32,000 nt of DNA from an uncultured Eubacteriales bacterium (GCA_900539725.1 UQDI01000010.1:1-32000), one strand, 5' to 3'; positions 22,147-32,000 are shown, counted from the stretch's first letter. The notes: a model not told the origin generated them from the letters alone. Made by a program: numbers and translations.

Positions 22147-23055
22147 CTATTTATTTTTCTTTACATAATCTAAGACAAAGTCCTTAAATCTCTTGCCCAG
22201 TGGGCTTAAAGGCTTTTCTCTGTGATACAAGAAGTAGAAGTCTCTTGAGAAGTCCACGCCTTTTATGTTAAGGTACTTAAATCTCTTTTCCTTAATATCT
22301 CTTTCGATTGCAATCCTATTCATAAAGCTAAGGCCGACGCCCTTGCTTACTAAGGACTTGATTGCTTCATTGTCATCGCACGTACCAACTATCCTTAGCT
22401 TTCTAGCGTCTTTCGAGCTTTGATATATAGCGTTGATTATGGTTTCGAGTGAGGCAGAACCATACTCCCTAAGAATAAAGTTTTCATCGAGTATGTCTTC
22501 AAACTTAACTGTATCACCATTCTCAAGGTTTTCAAACTTGTCATTGGGCACTATAAGTACACTTGAGTCCTTAACTAATTTTACAAAATCAAGCTTCGGA
22601 TTGTCATTCATCTTGCCAACGATGGCAAAGTCATTCTCATATGTAAGAATACGCTTGATAGCTTCCTTCGAATCGCTTCCTTGCAGCGAAAAACTGATTT
22701 TCGGGTGCTCTTCAAGGAAAGACTTGATCAAATCAGGAAGGATGTACTCTCTAGGGATGGAGCTCGACAAAATACTTATCTTACCCTGCAGACCTTGGTC
22801 GTAGGCGTCAATCTCATACTTAGCATTGTTGATCTGATCGATGATCTTCTCCGCATGCTCGTACAAAATTTGGCCTGTCGGCGTAATTCGAAACAGCCTA
22901 CCGCTTCTGTCAATAAGTTCACTTCCGACCTCTTTTTCAAGAGCGGTGATGTGATTTGACACAGTTGGCTGAGTTATAAAGAGCTTTTCTGCAGCTTTTG
23001 AGAAACTTTCTAGTCTAACGACTTCAACAAAAGTTTCTATTTGTCTGATATCCAT
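22147..23055 (-). CDS. LysR-family transcriptional regulator
   Basis: N-terminal HTH MDIRQIETFVEVVRLESFSKAAEKLFITQPTVSNHITALE. 302 aa. It is divergent from the ABC exporter pair. A T-N11-A type palindrome ATAAA-N5-TTTAT (23074-23088) lies in the shared intergenic region. Confidence 0.92.
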   Translation of the reverse strand: MDIRQIETFVEVVRLESFSKAAEKLFITQPTVSNHITALEKEVGSELIDRSGRLFRITPTGQILYEHAEKIIDQINNAKYEIDAYDQGLQGKISILSSSIPREYILPDLIKSFLEEHPKISFSLQGSDSKEAIKRILTYENDFAIVGKMNDNPKLDFVKLVKDSSVLIVPNDKFENLENGDTVKFEDILDENFILREYGSASLETIINAIYQSSKDARKLRIVGTCDDNEAIKSLVSKGVGLSFMNRIAIERDIKEKRFKYLNIKGVDFSRDFYFLYHREKPLSPLGKRFKDFVLDYVKKNK

Positions 23056-23158
23056 TTTCTTCCCTCCTCATATATAAAGATATTTTATCACAAGTATTGA
23101 TTTTTTTCAAGCTAAATATATAAATATTACGATTTTTCAAATAATATTTATGCGAAAC

Positions 23159-23187
23159 TTGACGTAAGAACAATTATGTTTTAAAAT
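23159..23187 (+). promoter_or_regulatory. Candidate promoter of the ABC exporter pair
   Basis: TTGACG, 17-nt spacer, TAAAAT. Confidence 0.45.
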
Positions 23188-23234
23188 ATCTTTGAAGAAT
23201 AAAATTTATAGGATAAATATATAAGAGGACGTAA

Positions 23235-25022
23235 ATGAATTATAGTTTTTCTAGCAATATCAAGTTTTTAATTAAAAATTGGTTTAAGAAAGATAGTTTT
23301 GGGACTATCCTTGTATTCTTGTCGGCTATTGTTACAATAATAATACCGCTTTTCGATGCGTACATACTTAAAATGATAACAGCAGCGATTATCGAAGGTC
23401 TTGACGCTGAACAATTTATATTAAGTTTAATCAGTCTATTTATTTTTTACATTTTATTAAAAATTTTAAACACCTGGATGGATACTAGAAATGATTTTTT
23501 CCAAACTAAGGTTAGTATGCTCTACGGTGTAGACCTTATCTCTGCTCTTATGGATAAGGATTTACTTGATTTTAAAACAGCAGAGCAAAAATCTTTATTC
23601 GAAAGATCGAAGTCCTTTGCTTTTGAAGGAGAACAAGCTGATGGCGCTTGGTCTGCGATTAGACTTTCTAAGCTTATCACATCTTTTTTAGGGTTTTTCG
23701 CTTATGCAATTATTTTTTCTTTTCTTAGCTACAAATTAGTCATAATTATTTTAATTTCAGCACTTGTCACAGCCTATTTCCAAGATAGGCTTATGCTTTA
23801 TGGAGACAAAATCACTGACGATATGGCTCAGGAAGAGTCAAGGCACTACTATATGTATAAAGTTTCTTTAGATGATGGTGCACAAAAAGAGATTCGCTTA
23901 AACAATGCTCTTTCATGGTTAGTCTATCACCTAGATAAGATATCAAAAGCATATTACGCGCTTCTTCGCGGATGGACTAAAAAAGCTAATCGAGTCTCTT
24001 TAGTCGAAGGCATCTTTGGCTTCATTAGAGACTTATTTACATACGTTTTACTTACAAAGAGCGTTCTTAATGGAGAGATAAGTGCAGCGAATTTTATCTT
24101 TTATCTAAGCTTAGTAGTTGGTTTTTCAGAGTGGCTAAATAATTTCTCAGGTCATATAAGGTCGCTTAGGAGAATTTCTCTTGTTTGCGACAAGTACAGG
24201 ACTTTTGTTCAAGACAAGGCAGATCTTAATACTGAAAAAATTATTTTAAAGTCAATAGATGAGATAATACTAGAAGATGTTTCTTTTGCGTATGATGAGG
24301 ATAACGAAATTTTAAAGAATATTAATCTTACTATCAAAAAAGGTGAGTCAATCGCCATAGTTGGGGAGAATGGCACTGGCAAAACAACTCTTATTAAGCT
24401 TATTACAAAGCTTTTTGATGCTAGCAGCGGCAGGATTTTAATCAATGGCATCGACATTGATCTTTACGATAAAAAGTCCATTTACAAGAGGATAAGCGCT
24501 CTCTTCCAAGATTACTTTTTGATGCCGACTACGCTTATTAATAATTTGGACGATAAGCAGCAAGATAGGGTTCAGGCAGAAAAGTTTATTGATGAGATGG
24601 GTTTAAGTAATAGATTTACTTCACTAGAAAACGGCTTGGATACTGAGCTAATAAATATCGAAGATAATAAGGTAGAAGGTTTTTCTGGCGGCGAAACACA
24701 AAAGCTTTTATTCATCAAATCTCTTATGAAAGATAGCGACTTATTGATACTTGATGAGCCAACATCAGCTTTAGATCCGATTGCTGAAGAAAAACTTTAT
24801 CTAAAGTACGAAGACTTTACTAAGGACAAGATGGCGATATTTATCTCACACAGAATTACATCAACGAGGTTCTGCGACAGAATTATTTATTTAGATGACA
24901 AAAGTATTGCCGAAGTGGGAACTTATGATGAGCTTATGAACTTAGGTGGAAAATACAAAGCTATGTTTGATATGCAAGCTAAGTATTATAAGGAGAATGA
25001 AAATGAAGAAGCAAGTTTATAA
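23235..25022 (+). CDS. ABC exporter, fused permease/ATPase half-transporter
   Basis: 595 aa. N-terminal 6-TM region. Walker A GENGTGKTT, signature FSGGETQK, Walker B LLILDEPTSALD, H-loop FISHR. Confidence 0.9.
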   Translation: MNYSFSSNIKFLIKNWFKKDSFGTILVFLSAIVTIIIPLFDAYILKMITAAIIEGLDAEQFILSLISLFIFYILLKILNTWMDTRNDFFQTKVSMLYGVDLISALMDKDLLDFKTAEQKSLFERSKSFAFEGEQADGAWSAIRLSKLITSFLGFFAYAIIFSFLSYKLVIIILISALVTAYFQDRLMLYGDKITDDMAQEESRHYYMYKVSLDDGAQKEIRLNNALSWLVYHLDKISKAYYALLRGWTKKANRVSLVEGIFGFIRDLFTYVLLTKSVLNGEISAANFIFYLSLVVGFSEWLNNFSGHIRSLRRISLVCDKYRTFVQDKADLNTEKIILKSIDEIILEDVSFAYDEDNEILKNINLTIKKGESIAIVGENGTGKTTLIKLITKLFDASSGRILINGIDIDLYDKKSIYKRISALFQDYFLMPTTLINNLDDKQQDRVQAEKFIDEMGLSNRFTSLENGLDTELINIEDNKVEGFSGGETQKLLFIKSLMKDSDLLILDEPTSALDPIAEEKLYLKYEDFTKDKMAIFISHRITSTRFCDRIIYLDDKSIAEVGTYDELMNLGGKYKAMFDMQAKYYKENENEEASL

Positions 25023-26781
25023 AGACATCTACAAAATTAAAAAAAGTATATTGCCAATAGTTTTTCTAAATGCTTTATTATGTGCAGCTGAGCCTTTTAT
25101 TTTTGTCTACATCTCTGGCTACTTACTAAAATTTATAATCGAAGCTAGAGAAATTAGCTTTATAATAAAATTTTCTGTGGCAGCAGCGGCAATATCCTTT
25201 GCGCTTCACTATATTAAAAACATCACTGAAAACTATAAGTTAGAGTACGGCGACTATTTAAATACTAATGAAAAAAATATTCTTATTAAAAAATTGTTTT
25301 CGCTAGATTTTAAGGACCTTGAAGCTAAAGATACAAAGGATAAAATTTTAAGACACAAAGAGGAAAGTGACGGCATGAGCACCATTTACATGGAAGCGAT
25401 GTATCAATTTTATAATTTTACTGTTAATATAATCAGCATTATTATAGCAATAGTATCATTAATTAGCTTTTATCCAGCACTTTCAAAATCTGTCGATATT
25501 AAAGTTTTTGGCTCAAAATATTTTCCTTTACTAATAATATTTTTAATGCTAGTAATTATTTATGCACTAATCAATTTTAGGAAGAGGGCAGAAGAAAAGA
25601 ACGAAATCGATAGAGAGGACTATGCGAAAAAATATAAGATTTACGATTATTACATGAGGTTACTCTCTGATTACGAGTCATTAAAGCAGATTAAAATTTA
25701 TGATGAGAAGGCTTTTATACTTGACGATATAAACGAGAATTTTGTAAAGAGTGGTCTTGGATTAAGAAAGAAAATTGCAAGAAGAACAGGTTTTAGCGAA
25801 GGCATGGATGATCTTTTGCTATCGACGCTTGGAATCTTGTTCTTAATTATGCTTGCCATTAAGGCAAAAGGCGGTCTCTTTGGCGTAGACAAGATTATAA
25901 TATACTATGGTGCTTTTAAAGCACTTTGTGAAGCAGCAAAGGAGCTTATCAAAACTATTGGCGAAGAAAAAGCACTTGAGCCTAAAATAGCGATTTTGTA
26001 TGATATACTTAATTTGAAATCTGATAAAAAATCTGAAGTAAAGGAAAAAGATTTTACAGAGACTTTGATTAGTGTAAAGGATTTAAGCTTTTCCTATCCA
26101 GATTCAAAAATTACTCAGCTAAAAAATCTTAATCTTGAAATAAGGCGAGGCGAAAAAATTGCAATAGTTGGAGAAAATGGTTCAGGTAAAACGACTTTTG
26201 TAAATTTACTAACAGGTTTATACAAAGCAAATGAAGGCAGCCTTCTTATTGATGGCGATGTACCTTCACTTGATTTTACTGCGAAAAATATTGGAGTAGT
26301 GAGTCAAGACTTTTATCTATTTTCATTTAAGCTTGGAGAAAATATTGCCACAAGTGAAAATTATAATGCTGATGAGTGCGAAAGAGTTTTAAAGCTCTCT
26401 AATTTTGAAAAAGCTTATGACTTAGAACAATATATATACACAGATATTGACGAAGACGGCGTGGATATCTCTGGTGGTGAAAGCCAAAAAATTGCACTAG
26501 CAAGAGCTCTTTACAATGATAAGGATATATTGATATTTGACGAGCCGACATCAAAACTTGATCCAAAGTCTGAGATGAAAATTTTCGAGAGCTTCAATGA
26601 GGCAGCTAAGGGCAAGACGGTCATATTCATTTCTCACAGGATGAGTGCTTGTAAATTTGCAAACAGAGTTATTTTATTCCACGACGGCAAGATTATAGAC
26701 AGCGCACCGCATGAAGAATTATTGAAACGGAACGAAAAGTACAAAGAGATGTGGCGTGCACAAGCAAAATATTTTAATTAA
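25003..26781 (+). CDS. ABC exporter, fused permease/ATPase half-transporter (likely heterodimer partner)
   Basis: ATG 25003 lies 7 nt after AGGAG and overlaps the upstream gene by 20 nt. Walker A GENGSGKTT, signature ISGGESQK, Walker B ILIFDEPTSKLD. Confidence 0.9.
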   Translation: MKKQVYKDIYKIKKSILPIVFLNALLCAAEPFIFVYISGYLLKFIIEAREISFIIKFSVAAAAISFALHYIKNITENYKLEYGDYLNTNEKNILIKKLFSLDFKDLEAKDTKDKILRHKEESDGMSTIYMEAMYQFYNFTVNIISIIIAIVSLISFYPALSKSVDIKVFGSKYFPLLIIFLMLVIIYALINFRKRAEEKNEIDREDYAKKYKIYDYYMRLLSDYESLKQIKIYDEKAFILDDINENFVKSGLGLRKKIARRTGFSEGMDDLLLSTLGILFLIMLAIKAKGGLFGVDKIIIYYGAFKALCEAAKELIKTIGEEKALEPKIAILYDILNLKSDKKSEVKEKDFTETLISVKDLSFSYPDSKITQLKNLNLEIRRGEKIAIVGENGSGKTTFVNLLTGLYKANEGSLLIDGDVPSLDFTAKNIGVVSQDFYLFSFKLGENIATSENYNADECERVLKLSNFEKAYDLEQYIYTDIDEDGVDISGGESQKIALARALYNDKDILIFDEPTSKLDPKSEMKIFESFNEAAKGKTVIFISHRMSACKFANRVILFHDGKIIDSAPHEELLKRNEKYKEMWRAQAKYFN

Positions 26782-26788
26782 TTTATAT

Positions 26789-26818
26789 AAGTGATTAAGC
26801 AAGTCTTAGTCACTTTTT
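26789..26818 (+). terminator. Intrinsic terminator after the ABC exporter pair
   Basis: AAGTGATTAAG / CTTAGTCACTT (11 bp, one mismatch) followed by a T-run. Confidence 0.65.
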
Positions 26819-26820
26819 CA

Positions 26821-26849
26821 TTGCTATTTTCACGGCTTTATAATATAAT
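26821..26849 (+). promoter_or_regulatory. Promoter of the cysteine desulfurase-thiI operon
   Basis: TTGCTA (26821-26826), 17-nt spacer, TATAAT (26844-26849). Confidence 0.55.
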
Positions 26850-26865
26850 AGAAGTGGTGAGGTTT

Positions 26866-27999
26866 ATGATTTATTTAGATAATTGTGCAACAACAAAAGT
26901 ATATAAAGAGGCGATGGATGCGGCGCTTCATGCCTTTGAAGAAACTTATGCGAATCCATCGAGCATACATAAGGCAGGCTTTTTACTAAGAAATGACTTT
27001 GAAGAGGCGAGGAGAGTCATCAAGAATTTCTTAAAGATAAAGTCTGGCGAAATCATTTTTACGTCTTGCGCGAGTGAGGCGAACAACATTATAGTAAATT
27101 CAATTAAGGATATAAAGAAGAAGAAAATTTTGACAACGGCGGTCGAGCATCAAGCGATGAACAAGCCTATTGACAATCTAGTGGCCCATGGCTTTGAAGT
27201 GATCAAAATTCATCCTAAGGATGGACAAATCACTTTAGAAGATGTACTTGACAATCTTGATGATGGTTTTGGCTTCGTTTCACTTATGCATGTCAACAAC
27301 GAAGTTGGCAGCATCATAGACGTAGAAAGCATTTCTCGTGAAGTAAAGAGACTTTATCCGGATATAATATTTGCGACTGACGCGGTTCAAGCCTTTGGCA
27401 AGCTTCGTATTGATCTAAGCGAAGGCAATATCGATTTTCTTTCGATGTCGGGCCACAAGGTTCACGCGCCTAAGGGCATTGGCTGCCTTTACGCACGCGA
27501 TATGAACTTAGTTAAGCCGCTTATCTATGGCGGCGAACAAGAATTTTCTCTAAGAGCAGGTACTGAAAATGTTCCGGGTGTTTTAGCTCTTGCTGAAGCT
27601 GTTAAAATTTTGGATAAAAATCTTGAAAATAATTATAAATATGTAAATGATTTAAAAAATAAAATGATAGAGAGCCTAAAGGAGCTTGACGGCGTTCACC
27701 TTCATTCAGAGGGCGAGGGCTATTCGCCATATGTTTTGTCGGTAGCTTTTGATAATATCAAGGCCGAGGTCTTGGTACACATCTTAGAGCAAGACGAGGT
27801 CTATATATCAACGTCTTCTGCTTGTTCATCGAAGCAAAAAAAGCACATGCGCGTACTTGAGGGTTATGGCTACAGCGAAAAAGAAGCTGAAGATACGGTA
27901 AGAATTTCATTTTCTGAGATGAATACAGAAGAAGAGGTCTTAAAGGCGGCGGAACTCATTAAAAAAGCGGTTAAATTTATTAGGAGTGTTAAAAAATGA
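26866..27999 (+). CDS. Cysteine desulfurase (class V aminotransferase, NifS/NifZ/IscS-like)
   Basis: MIYLDNCATT N-terminus, PLP-lysine motif SGHKVHAPKG and catalytic Cys in SSACSS. The track start at 26791 overlaps the terminator and promoter, so ATG 26866 is preferred. Confidence 0.9.
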   Translation: MIYLDNCATTKVYKEAMDAALHAFEETYANPSSIHKAGFLLRNDFEEARRVIKNFLKIKSGEIIFTSCASEANNIIVNSIKDIKKKKILTTAVEHQAMNKPIDNLVAHGFEVIKIHPKDGQITLEDVLDNLDDGFGFVSLMHVNNEVGSIIDVESISREVKRLYPDIIFATDAVQAFGKLRIDLSEGNIDFLSMSGHKVHAPKGIGCLYARDMNLVKPLIYGGEQEFSLRAGTENVPGVLALAEAVKILDKNLENNYKYVNDLKNKMIESLKELDGVHLHSEGEGYSPYVLSVAFDNIKAEVLVHILEQDEVYISTSSACSSKQKKHMRVLEGYGYSEKEAEDTVRISFSEMNTEEEVLKAAELIKKAVKFIRSVKK

Positions 28000-29153
28000 T
28001 GACGGATAAAGTATATTTGATAATCAGTGAGGGTGAGATGCACCTAAAGGGCGGCAACAGAAGGTACTTCGAGCAAAAACTTATTTCAAACATCGATAAG
28101 AACATGAAGGACATCGGCTACGACAGCCTTTATAACGATATCGGCAAGATTATTATAGAAGTGGACGATGCAAAATCTGAAAAAGCGATTGAAGCCTTAA
28201 AAAAGGTCTTCGGCATAGTTTGGATCAGAAAGGCTTATAGATGTGAAAAAGATATTGAAGTGATCAGGCGCCTCGCTATTGACTTAGTTAAGGAAAAGAA
28301 TTTAAAAGGCACTTTTAAGGCGGCATCGACAAGAGCGGATAAGAAGTTCCCACTTAACTCGATGGAGCTAGCAAGGGAAGTAGGCGCTGCCATACTTACA
28401 AATACAGAAGGACTAAAAGTTGACGTGCATAATCCTGAGCACGAGGTTTACGTTGACATAAGGAAGTTTGCCTACGTTTCAGTAGAGAAGTACAAGGCAC
28501 TAGGCGGTATGCCAAAGGCGACTAATGGTAAGGCGCTTTGTCTACTATCCGGCGGTATAGACAGTCCAGTCGCTCTATATATGATGGCAAAGCGCGGCGT
28601 TAAGGTCGACGCGATACATTTTCACTCATATCCATTTACCTCGCTGCAAGCACTTGAGAAGGTTAAAGGCCTTAGAGACATAGTCGCTGCCTACACTGGC
28701 GATATAAAAATATATTCATATAATATGCTTGACGCATACACAGCCATCAATCAAAATATGAATGTTTCGTACACAACGGTTGTTTCAAGAAGGATAATGA
28801 TGCGCGTTGCGAAAAAGCTAGCTCATGACAAGGGCTACGACGCCATCATCACAGGGGAGAATATCGGCCAAGTCGCTTCACAGACAATGTACGGAATTAA
28901 AGCGATAGAGGATGCGACAGACATGGTCATCTTTAGACCGCTCATAGCTTTCGATAAACTTGACATCATTGACATAGCGAAAAAGATAGGCACTTACGAA
29001 AAATCGATAGAGCCATTCGATGACTGCTGCTCAGTATTTTCGCCTGACCATCCACAAACGAGACCACTAATCGCTGATGTTAAATGTGAAGAAGAAAAGG
29101 TAGATATAGACGCAATTGTAGAAGATATTTATAAAAAAGGAGAATTACTATGA
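27996..29153 (+). CDS. thiI: tRNA 4-thiouridine synthase / tRNA sulfurtransferase
   Basis: PP-loop LLSGGIDSPVA. A THUMP-like N-terminal region is present. 385 aa with no rhodanese domain, which is the Firmicute type. ATGA overlap with the desulfurase stop. Confidence 0.92.
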   Translation: MMTDKVYLIISEGEMHLKGGNRRYFEQKLISNIDKNMKDIGYDSLYNDIGKIIIEVDDAKSEKAIEALKKVFGIVWIRKAYRCEKDIEVIRRLAIDLVKEKNLKGTFKAASTRADKKFPLNSMELAREVGAAILTNTEGLKVDVHNPEHEVYVDIRKFAYVSVEKYKALGGMPKATNGKALCLLSGGIDSPVALYMMAKRGVKVDAIHFHSYPFTSLQALEKVKGLRDIVAAYTGDIKIYSYNMLDAYTAINQNMNVSYTTVVSRRIMMRVAKKLAHDKGYDAIITGENIGQVASQTMYGIKAIEDATDMVIFRPLIAFDKLDIIDIAKKIGTYEKSIEPFDDCCSVFSPDHPQTRPLIADVKCEEEKVDIDAIVEDIYKKGELL

Positions 29154-30763
29154 AGATAAGTTTTTTAGGCGCGGCACAAGAAGTAACCGGCTCCAACTAT
29201 TTGCTTGAAGCCTGTGGTAAGAAGATAGTCATAGACTGCGGCATGTTTCAAGGCAGTAATGACCTTGAAGAGCTGAACAAAAGGCCCTTTGACTATAATG
29301 TAAGGGACATTGACAAAGTCTTGATTACTCACGCACACATCGACCACATAGGAAGGCTACCGAAGATGGTCAAGGACGGCTACGACGGCGAAGTCATCAT
29401 GACTAAGGCGACTATGGACCTAGCTCCAGTCATGCTCTACGACTCAGCCAAGATTGGTATGCAAGACGCTGAGACTGAGACTAAGAAGAATCTTCGTCAA
29501 GGCCTTGACCCAGTTGAGCCTCTTTACACAGACGTTGACGTTGATGATACTCTTAAGCTATTAAGGGGCTACGCTTATGGTGAAGAAGTAGAACTCTTTG
29601 ATGGGATTAAAATCATCTTTAGAGATGCAGGCCATATACTTGGCTCAGCCATCTTAGAAGTTTACATAAATGAAGATGGTAAAGAGACTAAACTTGTATT
29701 TTCTGGCGACCTTGGTATGCCGGACAGGCCTCTACTTAAGGATCCGACTTTCATCAAGGATGCGGACTATGTCATTATGGAATCAACTTATGGTAATCGC
29801 AATCACGAGAAAATTACGGACAGCACTCAAAAGCTTATTGATATCATAGACAAGACTGTTGCCAGAGGCGGAACCGTTCTAATACCAAGCTTTGCAGTTG
29901 GTAGAAGCCAAGAGCTTATATATTTATTAAACAAAGAGTTCGAGAAGAGAAAAAATAATAATATCAGAGTTTTTCTTGATTCGCCAATGGCGGTCGACGC
30001 GACAGAAGTATTTATGCGTAACTACGATGTTTTGGATGAAGAAACACAAAAGCTATTAAAGTCGGGCGACGACCCTCTTATGTTTAAGCACCTAAAGTAC
30101 ATTCGCGAGACAGAGGACTCGAAGGCGCTTAATGTGGACGAGGCGCCAAAGGTCATCATCGCATCATCAGGCATGATGACAGCAGGCAGAATAAGGCATC
30201 ACTTAAAGAACTGTCTGTGGGACAAGAGAAATTCACTTATCATAGTTGGCTACCAAGCAGAAGGCTCTTTAGGCCGCATCATTCTTAGCGGCGTAAGAAG
30301 AGTTAAGCTCTTTGGTCAAATGGTGGACGTAGGTCTAGAAGTTTATGACTTACAAGGCTTTTCTGCACATGCCGATCAAAATATGTTATTAAAATGGCTA
30401 GATGCCTTTGATAATAAGCCTAAAAAAGTTTTCTTGGTTCATGGCGAGAGCGATGCACAAGAAATATTAAAGCAAAAGATAGCTAGAGACCAAGGACTTG
30501 AGGTATACGCACCAAAGCTTGGCGAAACAATTGACCTAGCTACTGGTGAAAGTGCAAGGATAGATGTTCATAAGAACAAGCTTGCTGGTGAAGAAGAGCT
30601 TAAGAAGAGCTTTGACAATCTATTAGCCGCTTTCTCAAACATAGTTATGAGCTCAAATAAATTATATACGAAGGAACACTTAAAGAAGAGTAAGAAGCTT
30701 AAGGACGCACTTGACGAGGCAGAGCTTGCCTTAGTTAATATCAATAAGGAGCTTAACTCGTAG
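29150..30763 (+). CDS. Metallo-beta-lactamase fold beta-CASP family RNA-processing nuclease
   Basis: HAHIDH (motif 2), DAGHILGS, SGDLG and ESTYG, with beta-CASP motifs AVGRSQE, GFSAHAD and LVHGE. A ~75-aa helical C-terminal extension follows. ATGA overlap with the thiI stop. Confidence 0.85.
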   Translation: MKISFLGAAQEVTGSNYLLEACGKKIVIDCGMFQGSNDLEELNKRPFDYNVRDIDKVLITHAHIDHIGRLPKMVKDGYDGEVIMTKATMDLAPVMLYDSAKIGMQDAETETKKNLRQGLDPVEPLYTDVDVDDTLKLLRGYAYGEEVELFDGIKIIFRDAGHILGSAILEVYINEDGKETKLVFSGDLGMPDRPLLKDPTFIKDADYVIMESTYGNRNHEKITDSTQKLIDIIDKTVARGGTVLIPSFAVGRSQELIYLLNKEFEKRKNNNIRVFLDSPMAVDATEVFMRNYDVLDEETQKLLKSGDDPLMFKHLKYIRETEDSKALNVDEAPKVIIASSGMMTAGRIRHHLKNCLWDKRNSLIIVGYQAEGSLGRIILSGVRRVKLFGQMVDVGLEVYDLQGFSAHADQNMLLKWLDAFDNKPKKVFLVHGESDAQEILKQKIARDQGLEVYAPKLGETIDLATGESARIDVHKNKLAGEEELKKSFDNLLAAFSNIVMSSNKLYTKEHLKKSKKLKDALDEAELALVNINKELNS

Positions 30764-30773
30764 GAGGAGAAAA

Positions 30774-32000
30774 ATGAAGTACACAAAAACACTGAAGCGC
30801 CTGCTTGGAGACGCGATTAGAACAGACAGGAAGATGATTCTTTACATCTTATTTGCCTGCATCTTAGGGGCCTTTGCTCCACTAGTATTATCACTAATGC
30901 CTAAGCTAATAGTTGGAGTCGTAGAAAATCCTGGTACAGACGCGATTAGAAGGATTTTACTAATCTCACTTGGCTTTTTTGCCTTGGAGTTCTTAGTTGA
31001 GGGCGTAAGCCTTTACTGCTCAAATCAAGTAATAACAGTTGCAAATAAAACAAGGTTCGAGCTAATGCACGAGCAAAACAAAAAGATGGTAGCTGCCGAC
31101 TTTAAATACATAAGTGATAGATCCATCTTTAAGATGTATGGCATGGCTTTTGAAGCAACAAACAGTGACTGGGGCGGAGTTGCTGGCATGCTTAGAGAGT
31201 TTGCAAGAACCGCACCTATAATTCTTTCACTTATAATTATAGGAGGAGTTATTACGGCTCTATCACCATTAACAGGAGCACTACTACTTTTATATGCAAT
31301 TACTTATGCCTACGCACAAAGACAAGCAAACAAAGAAGTAAGTGATAATGATGCCGAGATAAATAAAATAAGTGATGAGATTAGATACTATACTAAAACT
31401 GCTGGTGATTTTAAAGCTGGTAAAGAGATTAGACTTTTTAACTTGAAAGACATGATACTTAATGCTTATAAGCGCCTTATTGATAAAAGAAAAAGCTATA
31501 ACTTAAGAGCCGTTAACAAAACTTTTAGAAAGAGCCTTTTATCAGTTCTAATCTTAATTATTGCTCAGGGCATTTTTGCTTATATACTTATACTTAGCTT
31601 TAAGAATGGCTCAGTTGATACAGGTAGCTTTTTAATGTATCTAACACTTATGCTGCAATTCGTCTTATTGGCAGACAGAGCTATAGAAGACTACGAGTTT
31701 TTTGTAGTTAATCAAACTATTTACGTAGAAAATATGTATGATTTACTTGAAACAGATAAGCTAAGCTCAGACCATGGTACTAGAGATAGACTTAGTGGTG
31801 CTGTTGATATTGAGTTTAGAAATGTTAGCTTTGCTTATCCAAATACAGATAAGAAAGTGCTTGATAACTTAAGCTTTAAGATAGCTAAAAACGAAACCAT
31901 TGCCCTAGTTGGTAACAATGGTGAGGGCAAGTCCACTATAATCAATTTACTTGTAAGATTATTTAGACCGGACGAAGGCGAGATACTTCTTAATGGCGTG
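30774..32000 (+). CDS. ABC exporter, fused permease/ATPase half-transporter (3' partial, runs off the window)
   Basis: Not in the ORF track because there is no stop codon in the window. ATG 30774 lies behind GGAGGAG, 10 nt after the beta-CASP stop. My translation is MKYTKTLKRLLGDAIRTDRKMILYILFACILG... ending ...ALVGNNGEGKSTIINLLVRLFRPDEGEILLNGV (Walker A). Confidence 0.85.
   Translation, partial: MKYTKTLKRLLGDAIRTDRKMILYILFACILGAFAPLVLSLMPKLIVGVVENPGTDAIRRILLISLGFFALEFLVEGVSLYCSNQVITVANKTRFELMHEQNKKMVAADFKYISDRSIFKMYGMAFEATNSDWGGVAGMLREFARTAPIILSLIIIGGVITALSPLTGALLLLYAITYAYAQRQANKEVSDNDAEINKISDEIRYYTKTAGDFKAGKEIRLFNLKDMILNAYKRLIDKRKSYNLRAVNKTFRKSLLSVLILIIAQGIFAYILILSFKNGSVDTGSFLMYLTLMLQFVLLADRAIEDYEFFVVNQTIYVENMYDLLETDKLSSDHGTRDRLSGAVDIEFRNVSFAYPNTDKKVLDNLSFKIAKNETIALVGNNGEGKSTIINLLVRLFRPDEGEILLNGV

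Noticed and set aside
22147-26781. LysR regulator plus divergent ABC exporter pair as a novel system
   Set aside because: This is a classic divergent LysR-target arrangement with canonical heterodimeric type I ABC exporter motifs. Nothing in the sequence distinguishes it from ordinary efflux loci.
2751-26865. Longer upstream starts given in the ORF track (2751 TTG, 7518 TTG, 9608 GTG, 13384 ATG, 18801 GTG, 24946 ATG, 26791 GTG)
   Set aside because: In each case the upstream start overlaps the SD, a terminator, a promoter or the preceding CDS. A downstream ATG with proper SD spacing gives a canonical N-terminus (a signal peptide, or MIYLDNCATT for the desulfurase).

Overview
This is a 32-kb chromosomal segment from a low-GC Gram-positive anaerobe. 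Composition and gene content suggest Clostridia/Tissierellia, possibly Peptoniphilaceae, but that is a guess. Nearly all genes are on the + strand. In order they are: a COG1373/DUF4143-type AAA+ ATPase with a small acidic ORF; hpf; an S9 serine peptidase; a TRIC/UPF0126 channel; two tandem paralogous secreted proteins; a DUF3841-like gene (-); hutH-hutU-hutI plus an overlapping atypical LuxR/NarL-type regulator; oppABCDF; a LysR regulator (-) divergent from a pair of ABC exporter half-transporters; and a tightly coupled cysteine desulfurase-thiI-beta-CASP nuclease-ABC exporter block that runs off the 3' end. I recognised no rRNA, tRNA, CRISPR array, transposase or integrase, and I cannot point to a clear novel multi-gene protein system. 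The unusual signals are mostly non-coding. (1) The hutH leader carries a His-containing 17-codon ORF that ends 1 nt before an intrinsic terminator. (2) Six same-orientation DnaA boxes cluster far from any dnaA gene. (3) A consensus promoter plus hairpin-terminator unit (sRNA candidate) converges on a hexamer-periodic tract that can encode an all-hydrophobic 45-aa peptide, a layout like a type I toxin-antitoxin locus. (4) A promoter/operator module is duplicated on both sides of the ATPase cassette. (5) A 965-bp non-coding region upstream of opp is packed with repeats, and a diverged repeat family occurs in at least three intergenic regions. (6) The two secreted-protein paralogs show a 5'-to-3' identity gradient. 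All functional calls come from motif recognition by eye; no database search was run.
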